Shown here in pieces: positions 49,591-60,625 of a stretch of 64,000 bases of DNA. Made by a program: the position numbers and the translations under genes. The notes beneath the pieces are model-generated. The model saw only the letters and a program-made list of their open reading frames with translations, did no database searches and was not told where the DNA came from. Numbering within the stretch: position 1 is the stretch's first letter; each line of letters begins with the position of its first letter. The DNA lies in sequence record DRR378314_251; one strand, written 5' to 3'.

Positions 49591-51356
49591 CAGACAATTA
49601 CCTCCGGCATGTCGACATGTTTCGCGCGCAGATATTCGCCAAGGGATTTTGCCTGTCCATCAGTCCGGGTAGAGGCTGCAATGCCCTCCCCGAGAAGACC
49701 GCGGATCACAAAATTAAGCGCACGAATATTGGGAAGCTCGTATCGAACAATCGGATAGTGCGCCATGTCCGGAAGAAGCTCGGCGAGGCGCTCAGCGGTA
49801 AGGAAATGATAAAGCCAGGCATAGGCTTCATCACTTCTCGCCCACACGCCAACATTGGCATTGCCGCCCTTGTCTCCCGACCGGGCGCCGAACACCCGGC
49901 CCAGTGGTATTCGAACACCCCCGCCACCAGGGGCAACCGGCGGATCAAATGCGAGGGGCAGCACTTCAACCGGATGCAGCCCGAACTGGCTTGTCGGAAC
50001 GATCTCATGAACGGAACCATTCACATGGACACGCTCAACAATATGCCGGCTGCTCACAAGCGTTGGCCAATGTTCCACCACCGCTCCGGACGATGTCGCC
50101 GCTGGCCGCCCATAAAGGCCCGCATAATTGCCAAGCCCCAGTTCGACGGCCTTCTCGACAAAGCCGCGCCCGACCAGTTCGGCATTCTTTGACTGCGCGA
50201 TCACGCGCAGAGTGGCTGTCGCTTCATCATTCGACTGAGGGTTCGCCTTGTCCGTCCGCAGCAGGCGTTCGGTCACTTGATCAAACTGCTCACGCCCGCC
50301 AAGCGAGCAGAATAGACTCTCCGAATAGACGGCGGCTTTCTTCTCGATATCGAGCCCGGTCAATAACATTTCCAGGCTGATGCGATGCCCACCATCAAGG
50401 TTCATGCAGACCTTGTGGCTTGCCGGCGGACTCGATCCGGCCACACCACTTACACGCACACGGTCAGGACCCGTCTGCTCGAATACAGCCCGGTCAAAAT
50501 GGGCAACCACGTCCGGATTGAGATATTGGGGGGCGCCGATTTCATAAAGGGTCTGAGCCGTAATTGTGCCGACCGATACGATCCCGCCCGTGCCCGGATG
50601 TTTGGTGATCGTGAAACTGCCATCAGGCTCGATTTCCGCAATCGGAAAACCGATCTTGGTGAATGAAGGGACTTCATCGATGAAGGCATAATTGCCACCA
50701 AGTACGCTCGGGCCGCATTCGATCAGATGACCTGCCAGCAATGCGCCGGCAAGCGCATCATAATCGTCCCGCGCCCAGCCAAATTTCCAGGCAGCCGGAC
50801 CCATGACGATCGAGGCATCGGTGACGCGCGGACAGATGACGATGTCGGCACCCTCATCAAGCGCAAGCTTGATCCCCCACGCGCCGAGATAGGCGTTTGC
50901 CGTGAGGGCGGGCTTGCCAGCATTCGTGAAAGCAATGCCTGTATCAATATTCGCTAGCGTTTCGCCTTCCGCCTGTAACGCGTCCAATCGCGGCAGAAGA
51001 TCGTCACCCTCGATCCAGGCAACCTTCGCGTCGAGACCAAGCTCTTCCAGCAACGCCTCGACGGCCGCTGCACACCCACCCGGATTGAGACCGCCCGCAT
51101 TGACAACAATCTTGATGTTCTTTGCCAGGCACGGGGCGATGACCTCACGCAGCTGCTTGAGAAACGTCCCGGCGTAGCCTGCGGTCTCGTCCTTCACGCG
51201 CTTGCGATGCAGGATCGCCATGGTGAGTTCGGCGAGGTAATCGCCCGTCAGCACATCGATCGGACCGCCCTCGACCATCTCGCGCGCAGCCGAAAGACGG
51301 TCTCCATAGAAACCACTACAATTGGCGATACGCAGGATACGGTCCGCTGTCATCAT
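49590..51356 (-). CDS. atuA: Acyclic terpene utilization AtuA family protein
   Basis: ANCSGFYGDR, DYLAELT, GHLIECG, RSGDKG, DGQAKSLG. Confidence 0.88.
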   Translation of the reverse strand: MMTADRILRIANCSGFYGDRLSAAREMVEGGPIDVLTGDYLAELTMAILHRKRVKDETAGYAGTFLKQLREVIAPCLAKNIKIVVNAGGLNPGGCAAAVEALLEELGLDAKVAWIEGDDLLPRLDALQAEGETLANIDTGIAFTNAGKPALTANAYLGAWGIKLALDEGADIVICPRVTDASIVMGPAAWKFGWARDDYDALAGALLAGHLIECGPSVLGGNYAFIDEVPSFTKIGFPIAEIEPDGSFTITKHPGTGGIVSVGTITAQTLYEIGAPQYLNPDVVAHFDRAVFEQTGPDRVRVSGVAGSSPPASHKVCMNLDGGHRISLEMLLTGLDIEKKAAVYSESLFCSLGGREQFDQVTERLLRTDKANPQSNDEATATLRVIAQSKNAELVGRGFVEKAVELGLGNYAGLYGRPAATSSGAVVEHWPTLVSSRHIVERVHVNGSVHEIVPTSQFGLHPVEVLPLAFDPPVAPGGGGVRIPLGRVFGARSGDKGGNANVGVWARSDEAYAWLYHFLTAERLAELLPDMAHYPIVRYELPNIRALNFVIRGLLGEGIAASTRTDGQAKSLGEYLRAKHVDMPEVIV

Positions 51357-51617
51357 TGCTATTACGCCCCTGGTCTTCTGGTGCCCGCCTTTTGCGCCTG
51401 GAAAAGACTGCGCGGCCGCTTCTGCTCACGCCGAGCCAGACCACCTCAACGCACTCTCAGAGACAAGGCTTGTCGCTCGACAATGAAAGCGGCCCCGGCG
51501 TTCAACCATGGCGGAGCTGGCCGCAGTGTTTAGCAAATCCGATCAAACGCCTGGTTGCCACCCCATCGGCAGGCAAGCAGTAGACAGGGCAAATCCAGTG
51601 CAGAAACAGCAGGCCAC

Positions 51618-52418
51618 CTAGAACTTGTCACGTCCGCCTGCCGTCATACCGCCATCAGCAGCGATGTCCTGGCAATTGACATAAGCGCTGAGATCACTTG
51701 CCAGGAACAAAGCGACATTGGCGATATCAAGCGGCTGGCCAGCGCGCTGCAGGGGGTTGGCTGCTGCCAGATTGGCGTTCAGTTTCGTCATCTTTCGTGC
51801 CGCCTCGGCCGCTTCGAGCGTGCGCGCGCGTTCCGACCCGCCGAAGAAGACAGGCGTTGCGACGGCTCCGGGCGAAATCGCGTTAACCGCAATGCCATGC
51901 CGCCCCAGCTCCATGCCGGCGACCCGCGTCAATTGCGAGACGGCCGCCTTCGCCCCGCTATAGAGATAGTGCCCCATATGGGTTCGGATCGCTGCTACAG
52001 AGGAATTGTTGATGATCCGGCCCCAGCCCTGTTCCTTCATATAGGGCGCAGCATATTTCATCCCGAAGACGACGCTTCCAACCAGCAGATCCATGGCATG
52101 GCGAAACTGCTCTTGGGTGACATCTTGGATCCCGCCTGCTGTCGGTCCGCCAGCATTATTGAAGAGAATGTCGATCCGGCCAAATTCGGAAACCGTCTGG
52201 CCTACGGCTTTCTTGATGTCTTCTTCGACCATGACATCTGAGCGAACAAAACGAACTTGTGTACCAAGCTCCGAAGCGAGCGCCTCGCCCTGCTCCACGC
52301 CCCGTCCGGTAAAAACGACCCTGGCCCCCTCATCCCGAAAGAGCCGGACCGTCGCTTCGCCAATCCCGCTTGTTCCTCCAGTAATGAGCGCTGTCTTCCC
52401 GGCAAGAATATCCGGCAT
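51618..52418 (-). CDS. SDR oxidoreductase
   Basis: TGGTSGIG, NNAG, YSGAK, ADGG. Confidence 0.93.
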   Translation of the reverse strand: MPDILAGKTALITGGTSGIGEATVRLFRDEGARVVFTGRGVEQGEALASELGTQVRFVRSDVMVEEDIKKAVGQTVSEFGRIDILFNNAGGPTAGGIQDVTQEQFRHAMDLLVGSVVFGMKYAAPYMKEQGWGRIINNSSVAAIRTHMGHYLYSGAKAAVSQLTRVAGMELGRHGIAVNAISPGAVATPVFFGGSERARTLEAAEAARKMTKLNANLAAANPLQRAGQPLDIANVALFLASDLSAYVNCQDIAADGGMTAGGRDKF

Positions 52419-52526
52419 GCCTGCTCCTCCCTCATGTCAGTTTTGGATACAGGGAAAAACTGAGCGGGTTACCTGACCAAAGTGAATGGCAGTTCAGGCT
52501 TTCCGACTTAGCAAATGGGCCCGCCG

Positions 52527-52956
52527 TCAATCCTTTGACGGCTTGCGGAATACGCCGCCGAAAGGATCGTCTGCAAACTTGGCAAGATAGTCGGGAATAG
52601 CGCGCCGGTGCGCGAGGATGGCGCGCTCGTCCGAGATCGACAGCCTCTCGTCTTCTGTTGGTGGACGCATGAGCTCGCCTCGATAGGCGCCAGAAAGATA
52701 GGTTTGCTGCGCCTCTGTTGGTTCTGCTTCAACCACATCCCCCTGTAGCTGTTTCGCCATCCTGCCAATCCAACGGTGCGCCTCATCGAGTCGCCATTTC
52801 AGCGATGCACCAACGTGATCGCAATCCTGGAGAAGTCTGTACTCGTGGCCGATACGGTTTTCCCAAAGAATCCGGTGCAGAAATTCAGCACCATCCTGTG
52901 CATTGTAATAGTCATGATCGCCGCATTCGAGATAGAGTTTGGGGGCTGCCTTGCGG
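52527..52956 (-). pseudogene. 3' fragment of an esterase (paralog of 57004..58044), truncated by IS3
   Basis: AAPKLY(L/I)ECGDHDY…HEYRLLQDCDHVGASL shared with 57004 ORF; homology stops at IS end 52957. Confidence 0.85.
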
Positions 52957-52982
52957 TGACCTGAGACCCTCGCGTCCCTCAT

Positions 52983-53873
52983 TCATTTCGAGAGTCTAGC
53001 CCTTTCATAGTCCATGGTTTGAGGTGTGGCGAGCGCGTCGGGAGCGGCGCTCCCGACATGCACGAGCGACCGGCGCGCTGCGGGCGTCAGCCCGCCCAGC
53101 GATGAGTGAGGCCGGTGGTGGTTATAGTCATGTCGCCAACGCCCGAGGATCTTGCGGGCATGAGCGAGGCTGTCGAACACTTCTTCGTTCAGGCACTCAT
53201 CACGCAGCTTGCCGTTGAAGCTTTCGACGAAGCCGTTCTGCTGCGGTTTGCCCGGGGCGATATAGTGCCAGGCGATGCCGGTTTGGTTCTGCCATTCAAG
53301 TAAGGCACGTGACGTCAGCTCACTGCCATTGTCCGAGACAAAGGTTTCTGGCCCGCCATAGCGTCAGACACAACGATCAAGTTCCCGGACGTCACGGGCA
53401 CCTGACAGCGAGGTGCCAGCCACCAGGGCAAGACATTCGCGTGTATAGTCGTCGATGATGCAGAGCATGCGGAACCGGTGGGCCGGTGCGAACACGTCTG
53501 ACACAAAGTCGATACTCCACCGCGTCGACGGGCCGTCCGGCACAGGCACGGGTTCCCGCGTTCCCGTGGCGCGTTTGCGGCCACGGCGGCGCTTTACAGC
53601 CAGTCCCTCGTCTTTGTAGAGACGCCTCAGCTTCTTACGGTTCATGGTGATGGCCTCCCGTTCGAGCATGAGGCCAATGCGGCGATAGCCGAACCGGCGC
53701 CGCTCGGAGGCGACCTCACGCATGCGGCCCCGGATCTCAGGATTTTCCGGTTCCGGCTCGCGCCTGACAGTCTTCGGATCGACGCTGACCAGTCGGCAGG
53801 CCCGGCGCTGGGAGATGTCGTAAGTCTCCATCGCCTTCAGCGCCGCTGCCCGCTTCGCCTGGGGCGTCGTCAG
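52983..53873 (-). pseudogene. IS3 transposase OrfB (DDE integrase) with in-frame nonsense codon
   Basis: RFGYRR, WSIDF, then TGA at 53366-53364, continuing in frame SDNG…[15 protein letters not shown]…RPHSSL. Confidence 0.88.
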
Positions 53874-54133
53874 TTCTTTCCCAGCAGGTCTTTCAGGATC
53901 GACACATCCAGCATGCTGTCCGCCAGCAACTTTTTCAGCCGGGCGTTCTCCGTCTCGAGTGTCTTCAGCCGACGCGCGTCCGAGACATCCATGCCTCCGA
54001 ACTTCGCTTTCCACTTGTAAAAGGTGGCCGAGCTGACGCCGTGACGCCGGCAGACCTCCGAGGTCGCCATCCCGCGCTCCTGTTCCGCCAGGATCGCGAT
54101 GATTTGTTCTTCGCTGAATTTGCTCTTCCGCAT
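53870..54133 (-). CDS. IS3 transposase OrfA
   Basis: MRKSKFSEEQII…FYKWKAKFGG…LETENARLKKL; ends GGGAAAGAACTGA at the orfA/orfB overlap. Confidence 0.9.
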   Translation of the reverse strand: MRKSKFSEEQIIAILAEQERGMATSEVCRRHGVSSATFYKWKAKFGGMDVSDARRLKTLETENARLKKLLADSMLDVSILKDLLGKN

Positions 54134-54351
54134 TGTCTGTCTCCTTGCGACAGACTCTCCATTCAAATGCGGGACCAATCGGGGCTCAGGTCAATGAAAG
54201 AGCTATCTAGATTTTTCATTTAACAAACAATTCGCTTCACAAATTTCACCGCAGCATTTTGAGGCACACTAACATGACCTAAACTTGAAAACTCAGCACA
54301 GGAATGCAGACTGTAACGGGTAGCGAGCGGTGTTGTATTTTATATAACTTT

Positions 54352-56871
54352 CTAAGCCTCTGGTGAAAGGTAGACGTCTTTTGTCTGAAATGCAGGAAAG
54401 AAATCGCTTACAATTTTTCGTTTAATCAACTTTTCGATTTCGTGCTGGGAATATCCAATTTCTCTAAGAATCGATTTCGTGTGCTGTCCTGTTCGCGGGA
54501 ACGGCTCCAGGCTTTTTAATTGCTTTGCGCCATTTATCCGGACATGGCCTGGTGCAAGTAATGTAATGGCCTTTCCGCAAGGATGTTTGACATTCGTTTC
54601 CAACACAAATGTAGTTTCGCGTTCATCTACTTGCTCTACATCTGCCGTCAGAGATCTTTCATGACTATGCCAGTAATCATCTAAATCTTGTACTTGATGG
54701 GCTCCTATACCTAACGTGTCGAGCCGTTCGCACCAGACCGCACACGTTTCAGCTCTGAGTGATTGCTCTATTTCCTCCGGTTGTCCAACGATGGAGTAAA
54801 GGACATTCATGTTTTTGGCATCTGTTTCGAGATAGATCCATCCATCAGAGCACTGATAGATTCTCTTATTCAATCCTATCCCATATGAAAACTGCCCGAA
54901 GGGACCTTTTGGGGCTGGTTCGTCTTCCTCTACAACGAGAAACGGAAACTGCGCATATGTCATCACTCGTGCCAGAGAGGTGCTCACTTTTGCACCCTTA
55001 CCTGTGTTGTTCTTATTATAGACAGCGAGTAAAATGCCAAATGCCGCGGTTATGCCTGACGGCACATCGCCGCAAGTGATCCCGCCATGATCTTGAGGAC
55101 TCTCCAAGGTGCCAAATTCGGTCTGCAATCCCGTTGTTGCCTGCATGAGATTGTCAAACGATCCTCGATTCTCCCAGCCGCTTACCCCAACCCCTCCGTA
55201 GCCTGACAATTTGCATACGATGAGTTCACCATTTACACGTCTCAGTTTTTCGTAACTTATGCCCAAGCGATCTGCCGTCGCATTGAGCATATTGTGAACC
55301 AATACGTCGGATTGCTCGACCAATTTCAGAAATATTTCCTGTCCATCATCTGTCTTGAGATCCACCACGATACTTTTTTTACCTTGGTCGATGAGCAAAA
55401 CCATATCTCTCACATAAGGATGATAGTAGTCCGAATCCGGAGCGTCGATCTTGGTCACCTGCGCACCATATTGGGCAAGATTTAGACCGCAGGATGGTCC
55501 GGCTATTACATTGGCAATCTCTAATACTTTAAGGCCCTCGAGTAGCTCATCTGGTTTAGATTGCTGACAATCTTCTTCGCAATTATTATCTAAGCTTTCC
55601 GATGCTGAGAAAACCTCTTTAGCTTCTCTTAGGGAGACGCATTTGTGTTCTTTGCCATCGAATGGCGCGTTTCCCATGTTGCCAGGTGAAACATCAACGA
55701 TACGGCCAGGCGTAATCAGCTCTCGCTCAACCATTCGAGTAGTTGTAAGAATTCCGGCATTTCTTATTGGCATTAGCTCAAGCCATTCCTGCCGCGTCCT
55801 AACAAGCGCTGCAGGCACGCCAACTTTCCCTAATTCGTCTTCCCATTCTTCAGCGGTTCTGGCCAAAAACGCCGCACGGATGAGATCGCAAAGGTGCCGT
55901 TTTCTGTCCTCGGTCATTTTAGCCAGATTGTGAACATTATTGGTAAGTTCGGAATTCCAAGCACTCTCAATCACAAAACCTTCGTCTCGGACTTTATTGT
56001 AAATGCCAAGCGCCCGGAACAATCTGATTGAAAATTTGCGGTTAAAGTAGAATGACACATAAACTTTTCTTCCGTCGGCGCATTCATATGTCGTCGAATT
56101 AAGCGGAAAAATCAGCGATTTGAACGCATCTATTTTCTGTAGCGACTGGTTTGGACGATCACTGTCACGGTATCGCATAGACTGAATATATTCGTTGGAA
56201 CTCTGATCTGTGGTCCCAAGAGATTTTTGCAACAATTGCCCCTCAAAGGCAGCAAAACTCGCACTTGCCAGTGGCACCTCAATTTTTATTCCCTTGTTTG
56301 TCCTTTGACGACTAACCAGGCCTGCCATTATTGCTGTAACGCCGTGCAAAGCTCCATGAAACGAAGCCTGAGGAACCGGTGTATATAATGGAGGAAAATT
56401 GAGAGAGGAACGAATTGAATTTGTTTGAGTGAAACCGCAAGCTGCTGCTGCAATTACCCCTTCCCATGCGCGAATGTGCGCGCGCTTGGCATCATCGGAA
56501 GGAAAACCTGGCAGTGACAAGTAAATAATGTTTGGATTTATTTTGCGTATGTCAGTGTAGCTTAATCCCAGACGACGCATGACACCGGGGCGAAAGTTTT
56601 CTATTACGACATCGGCATAACTTAAAAGAGAAACGAGTTCGGCACGCTGTTCTGGCGCTTTTAGATCTAATTCCAATACGCATTTATTCCGATCCAGAAA
56701 ACAGCGAAGTTTTTCTGAAATTTCCGACGGTGCTGGACGCCTGATTTTTAGAACACTGGCACCCTGATCGGACAACATCATTCCGGCGAGCGGCCCGGCA
56801 AAATACCAACCAAGATCAATGACCTTAAGACCACTTAGCGGCCCATTTATTTCGCGACGACTATACGACAT
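54352..56871 (-). CDS. Tandem double-domain family III (CaiB/BaiF) CoA transferase, DddD-like architecture
   Basis: Two CaiB domains (AGP…ENFRPG; AGP…SFD); start MSYSRR at 56871. Confidence 0.88.
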   Translation of the reverse strand: MSYSRREINGPLSGLKVIDLGWYFAGPLAGMMLSDQGASVLKIRRPAPSEISEKLRCFLDRNKCVLELDLKAPEQRAELVSLLSYADVVIENFRPGVMRRLGLSYTDIRKINPNIIYLSLPGFPSDDAKRAHIRAWEGVIAAAACGFTQTNSIRSSLNFPPLYTPVPQASFHGALHGVTAIMAGLVSRQRTNKGIKIEVPLASASFAAFEGQLLQKSLGTTDQSSNEYIQSMRYRDSDRPNQSLQKIDAFKSLIFPLNSTTYECADGRKVYVSFYFNRKFSIRLFRALGIYNKVRDEGFVIESAWNSELTNNVHNLAKMTEDRKRHLCDLIRAAFLARTAEEWEDELGKVGVPAALVRTRQEWLELMPIRNAGILTTTRMVERELITPGRIVDVSPGNMGNAPFDGKEHKCVSLREAKEVFSASESLDNNCEEDCQQSKPDELLEGLKVLEIANVIAGPSCGLNLAQYGAQVTKIDAPDSDYYHPYVRDMVLLIDQGKKSIVVDLKTDDGQEIFLKLVEQSDVLVHNMLNATADRLGISYEKLRRVNGELIVCKLSGYGGVGVSGWENRGSFDNLMQATTGLQTEFGTLESPQDHGGITCGDVPSGITAAFGILLAVYNKNNTGKGAKVSTSLARVMTYAQFPFLVVEEDEPAPKGPFGQFSYGIGLNKRIYQCSDGWIYLETDAKNMNVLYSIVGQPEEIEQSLRAETCAVWCERLDTLGIGAHQVQDLDDYWHSHERSLTADVEQVDERETTFVLETNVKHPCGKAITLLAPGHVRINGAKQLKSLEPFPRTGQHTKSILREIGYSQHEIEKLIKRKIVSDFFPAFQTKDVYLSPEA

Positions 56872-57003
56872 GCTCGGATATCTCTCTGTGTGTCTCAAAG
56901 CACAAAAATTGAAGAAAATGGTCCAGGCTCGTTTTCGAGTGGTGCGCGGAGAGCTCCTGGACTGGACCCGCCACACTTTGAAAGACAACAAGTCATCAAC
57001 CCA

Positions 57004-58044
57004 TTACTCTTCAGGCTTGCGAAACATTCCCCCCATTGGATCGTCGGCATATTGCGCAAGAAAATCCGGCAAGGCTCTGCGGTGCGCAAGGATGGCACGG
57101 TCATCAAATAAACCCAGCGAATCCTCTTTTGACGGAGGATCTGTCGCAAGACCTTGATAAGCGCGCATCAAGTAGTCTTGTTGCGCTACACTCGGCTCAC
57201 TCTTTCGCTCCGGAGCAAGCAACCGCTTCGCCATTCGTCCCAGCCATATGTGCGCGTCAAGTGTGCGCCAGGCTAATGATGCACCAACATGATCGCAGTC
57301 CTGAAGCAGCCGGTACTCGTGGCCTATCCGGTTCTCCCAAAGCACCCTGTGAAGAAACTCTGCTCCGTCATGCGCGTTAAAGTAATCATGGTCACCGCAT
57401 TCGATATATAATTTGGGGGCTGCGTTGCGAATGGCTTGTGCATTTTCCACCGCGATATTGGCATGGTTGTTGGCGTGATAATAATCCCTGTCGACTGGCC
57501 AGCCCCATCTGCGGGCTTGTTCTTCTGGCGGTAAATTGTGCTGCATCCCGTAGTTACGAGGTTGCAAATCATCATAATCCAGGACCGGATTGATCACCCC
57601 TTCAAGTGCAGCAACTGCTCCAAATCGTTCTGGGTACTTTAACGCCAAACGAAGCGCGCCCATGGCTCCCATAGACACGCCGAACATATAGGTCTCAGAT
57701 GGCTCAAGGGATGTGCTAAACGTCTCATGCATGTGATGCATGAATTCAAAGGCGAAATTTTCCCAGCGCTCACTGCCATCCTTGTAATTGAGGTGCCAAC
57801 CGCCTCGCGCAGAATAGCAGGTAACGACCATTGGCGGCAGGAACCCATCGGCCCAAAGCTTTTCATAAATCCCGCGCACAGCTGGATCGGCAAGATAGTT
57901 ACAATCAAGCCCGCCGCCGTGCAAATTGAGAAGCAATGGCAATGTTTCCAGATCTGAATACCCATCTGGCAACAATGCTGTATACTCCACTTCTCCTGGC
58001 ACAAACTCTGTAACCAATCGTTCGTGCAGGATTGTTGAGGCCAT
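57004..58044 (-). CDS. Alpha/beta hydrolase esterase (tributyrin/S-formylglutathione esterase-like)
   Basis: LLPDGY, LHG, GVSMG nucleophile, CGDHD, DH; GAGGAG RBS. Confidence 0.88.
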   Translation of the reverse strand: MASTILHERLVTEFVPGEVEYTALLPDGYSDLETLPLLLNLHGGGLDCNYLADPAVRGIYEKLWADGFLPPMVVTCYSARGGWHLNYKDGSERWENFAFEFMHHMHETFSTSLEPSETYMFGVSMGAMGALRLALKYPERFGAVAALEGVINPVLDYDDLQPRNYGMQHNLPPEEQARRWGWPVDRDYYHANNHANIAVENAQAIRNAAPKLYIECGDHDYFNAHDGAEFLHRVLWENRIGHEYRLLQDCDHVGASLAWRTLDAHIWLGRMAKRLLAPERKSEPSVAQQDYLMRAYQGLATDPPSKEDSLGLFDDRAILAHRRALPDFLAQYADDPMGGMFRKPEE

Positions 58045-58094
58045 GATATTCTTACTCCTCATAAGCACTGCATGGGTTACCTGCGCCCACACAT

Positions 58095-60620
58095 TTAGAT
58101 TTCTGAATCAGCAAAATATCTGTCCTTGCTTCTCAATTCTGGCAAGAATTCATGAGCAACACGGAGTTTGATTAAGGTGTTAATTTCTTCGCAGGAGTAC
58201 CCTAGTTCCGACAAGATGACCCGAGTACTATCTCCGTATCTTAGTGCAGGAGATAAGATACGATAATTTCTCATTTCGCCAATTCTGACCCAGCTTGGCG
58301 CTAAATTGAATACTGGTCGACCGCTAGGATGTTTTTCTCTCAAGACCACTTCTATTGTGTCACCAGCGAAGCGATCAACAGGATCAGCATCAACTTCGAA
58401 TTCGTGTCCAAATGTCATGCTGTCTATGTTCGAAACGAGATGTGTGCCGATGTCTTTTTTTGACAATTTTTCGAACCAGTATGCAACATTTTGTTGGCGA
58501 AATGCGTGCTCAAGCTTAGGCACATCAATTTCGTGTTGACCAATCAGGAGCAAGGCCAACTCCGCAGCGCGATCAGACGATGTTTCAACGTAGATCCAAT
58601 CATCAAGACACTTATACAAGCGCGCCCATGGCGTCTTACCTAACGTAAATTGTCCATCAAAATCGCCAGCATCTATTTGCCCACCTTTCATAATCATATC
58701 GGGAAGCTGTATATAGTTGATCATCCGAGCAAGTGACGTTCTGGCTTCTGTCGATTGTCCAGTTTTGCGCTTGTAATACACGGCCAGAAGTGCCGCGAAA
58801 GCACCTCCTATGCCGCCCATAATATCTCCACATGTAATATGCCCATGAAATTGCGGGTACTCATTCGTACCGTAGCGTATCATTATTCCGCTGCTGGCTT
58901 GCGCCAGAGAATCAAACCCAGAAAACTTTTCCCAACCATCTGATGTTCGCCAAACTCCGCCGAGGTAGCTAAACTGGCAACTTACGACGTCTGGATTTAC
59001 CGCTTGCAACTGGTTTATCGAGACGCCGAGTCTTTCAGCAACTTCATCGACACAATTGTGCACAACTACATCAGCCCATCGAACAAGTCGTTCAAATACT
59101 TCTCTACCTGGCGCGGTCGTTACGTCTGTTAAAATGCTCCTTTTGCCTTGATTGACTTCAAGCATTGACGTCGAAATCAAGTTTGGATGCACAAATCGTG
59201 GCGGGTCGGCCTTTATTACGTCCGCACCATACTGGGCCAAAGTATATGTTGCTGTCGGACCGGCAACAAGATTTGATAAATCCAATACTTTAAGTCCCTT
59301 TAGTAAGTTTTCTTTCTTTTGTTCTCCAACAAAGCTATGAGAACCTTCATCTTTGCCTCTTGCATCAAGAAGTGTAAGCACTTCTTCAAAATCTAAATTT
59401 GTTGGGCTTTGAAAATTCGTTGGCGAATGAATTTGACCTGCGCTGCTGAGATCGTGGAACAGTCCAGGTTCGATACGACCATTGGTTTGAACAAAAACAC
59501 CAGCCTCAAGCATAGCGGGTAAATTCATCCACTCCTTCTGCGTGCGCACCACTGCAACCGCCACGTTCCGGCGAGCCAGAAGCACCTCCCAATCTGCCGC
59601 TGACTTCTCTCTTAGAGCACGCTCTACAATTTCGCTAACAGCGAATACCTCATCATCACCTAAAGTTCCGAGATTGTTACTAACGCCATCAAGCCAGGGG
59701 CCTTCATTGACAAACCCCATTCTCCTTATTTCGTTTGCAACGCCGATCAGAGTAAGAAATTGATCCAGTGCGGCGGTGCTTTGTGGCCAAACCATTAGAT
59801 ATCGGCCATCGCCGCACTTGTACGCCCTCATAAATGGCCCAAGAAGTTTGCTACTCGGCTTAGACAATTTTTCTAGCTGCGTACGCTGATCGTCGCCTGC
59901 AACGAATTGGCACTCTTTTAGTATATCTGGAATTTCAAAATCTGCTTCAACGATCTTATCAGCAGATGTGTTTGGACTTCTCCCGACAACACCTAGTAAC
60001 AATCCTAGTGCGGCAGAACTTACCAGAGGCGCTTCAATAAAAGCCCCGCGGCTTGATTGAGCTCTTCCCAAAAGAGCTGCCAATATCGCAATTGCTCCCT
60101 GCATACTCCCGTGCGCCGAACAAATGGGAACGTCAGTATACACGGGGGGGTAGCCAAGCATTTCACGCCACCAATGCAGTTCTTTAAAAGAACCGGCTGC
60201 TGCGTTCATTACGCCTTCCCAAGCCTGAATGTCGCGTCTTTGTTCGTCCGTCGATGCAAAACCGGGCAACGATAGATATATCAATCCCGCATTGTCCTTA
60301 GAAACAGTGCTGTATCCGAGACCCAGTCGGTCCATAACACCGGGCCTGAAGTTCTCGATAACAACATCAGCGAGCCTTATAAGTGATCGAGCCTTTTCTA
60401 TTCCTCCTTCTGTCTGAAGATCGAGCTCCAAGATCTTCTTGTTTCGATTAAGGAGGTTAAACTGACGCTCTGAAACCTCTTTTCTTCCAGGTCGAACAAT
60501 TTTAATGACAGTAGCGCCTTGATCGGCAAGCAAAAGACCGGTCATAGGCCCTGCATAATACCAACCAAAATCGACAACGACTAAATCCTTTAGTGGACCA
60601 CATTCCCGGCTCGCACTCAT
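58095..60620 (-). CDS. Tandem double-domain family III CoA transferase, DddD-like
   Basis: DFGWYYAGP, ENFRPG, LSLPGFAS; second domain DLSNLVAGP, GFD. Confidence 0.88.
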   Translation of the reverse strand: MSASRECGPLKDLVVVDFGWYYAGPMTGLLLADQGATVIKIVRPGRKEVSERQFNLLNRNKKILELDLQTEGGIEKARSLIRLADVVIENFRPGVMDRLGLGYSTVSKDNAGLIYLSLPGFASTDEQRRDIQAWEGVMNAAAGSFKELHWWREMLGYPPVYTDVPICSAHGSMQGAIAILAALLGRAQSSRGAFIEAPLVSSAALGLLLGVVGRSPNTSADKIVEADFEIPDILKECQFVAGDDQRTQLEKLSKPSSKLLGPFMRAYKCGDGRYLMVWPQSTAALDQFLTLIGVANEIRRMGFVNEGPWLDGVSNNLGTLGDDEVFAVSEIVERALREKSAADWEVLLARRNVAVAVVRTQKEWMNLPAMLEAGVFVQTNGRIEPGLFHDLSSAGQIHSPTNFQSPTNLDFEEVLTLLDARGKDEGSHSFVGEQKKENLLKGLKVLDLSNLVAGPTATYTLAQYGADVIKADPPRFVHPNLISTSMLEVNQGKRSILTDVTTAPGREVFERLVRWADVVVHNCVDEVAERLGVSINQLQAVNPDVVSCQFSYLGGVWRTSDGWEKFSGFDSLAQASSGIMIRYGTNEYPQFHGHITCGDIMGGIGGAFAALLAVYYKRKTGQSTEARTSLARMINYIQLPDMIMKGGQIDAGDFDGQFTLGKTPWARLYKCLDDWIYVETSSDRAAELALLLIGQHEIDVPKLEHAFRQQNVAYWFEKLSKKDIGTHLVSNIDSMTFGHEFEVDADPVDRFAGDTIEVVLREKHPSGRPVFNLAPSWVRIGEMRNYRILSPALRYGDSTRVILSELGYSCEEINTLIKLRVAHEFLPELRSKDRYFADSEI

Positions 60621-60625
60621 GGCAC

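Larger units (their letters stand above)
52957..54193 (-). mobile_element. IS3-family insertion sequence (1237 bp), inactive
   Basis: Imperfect terminal IRs TGACCTGAG(A/C)CCC…GTCCC(T/G)CATT…GAGAGTCT; orfA/orfB organisation. Confidence 0.92.
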
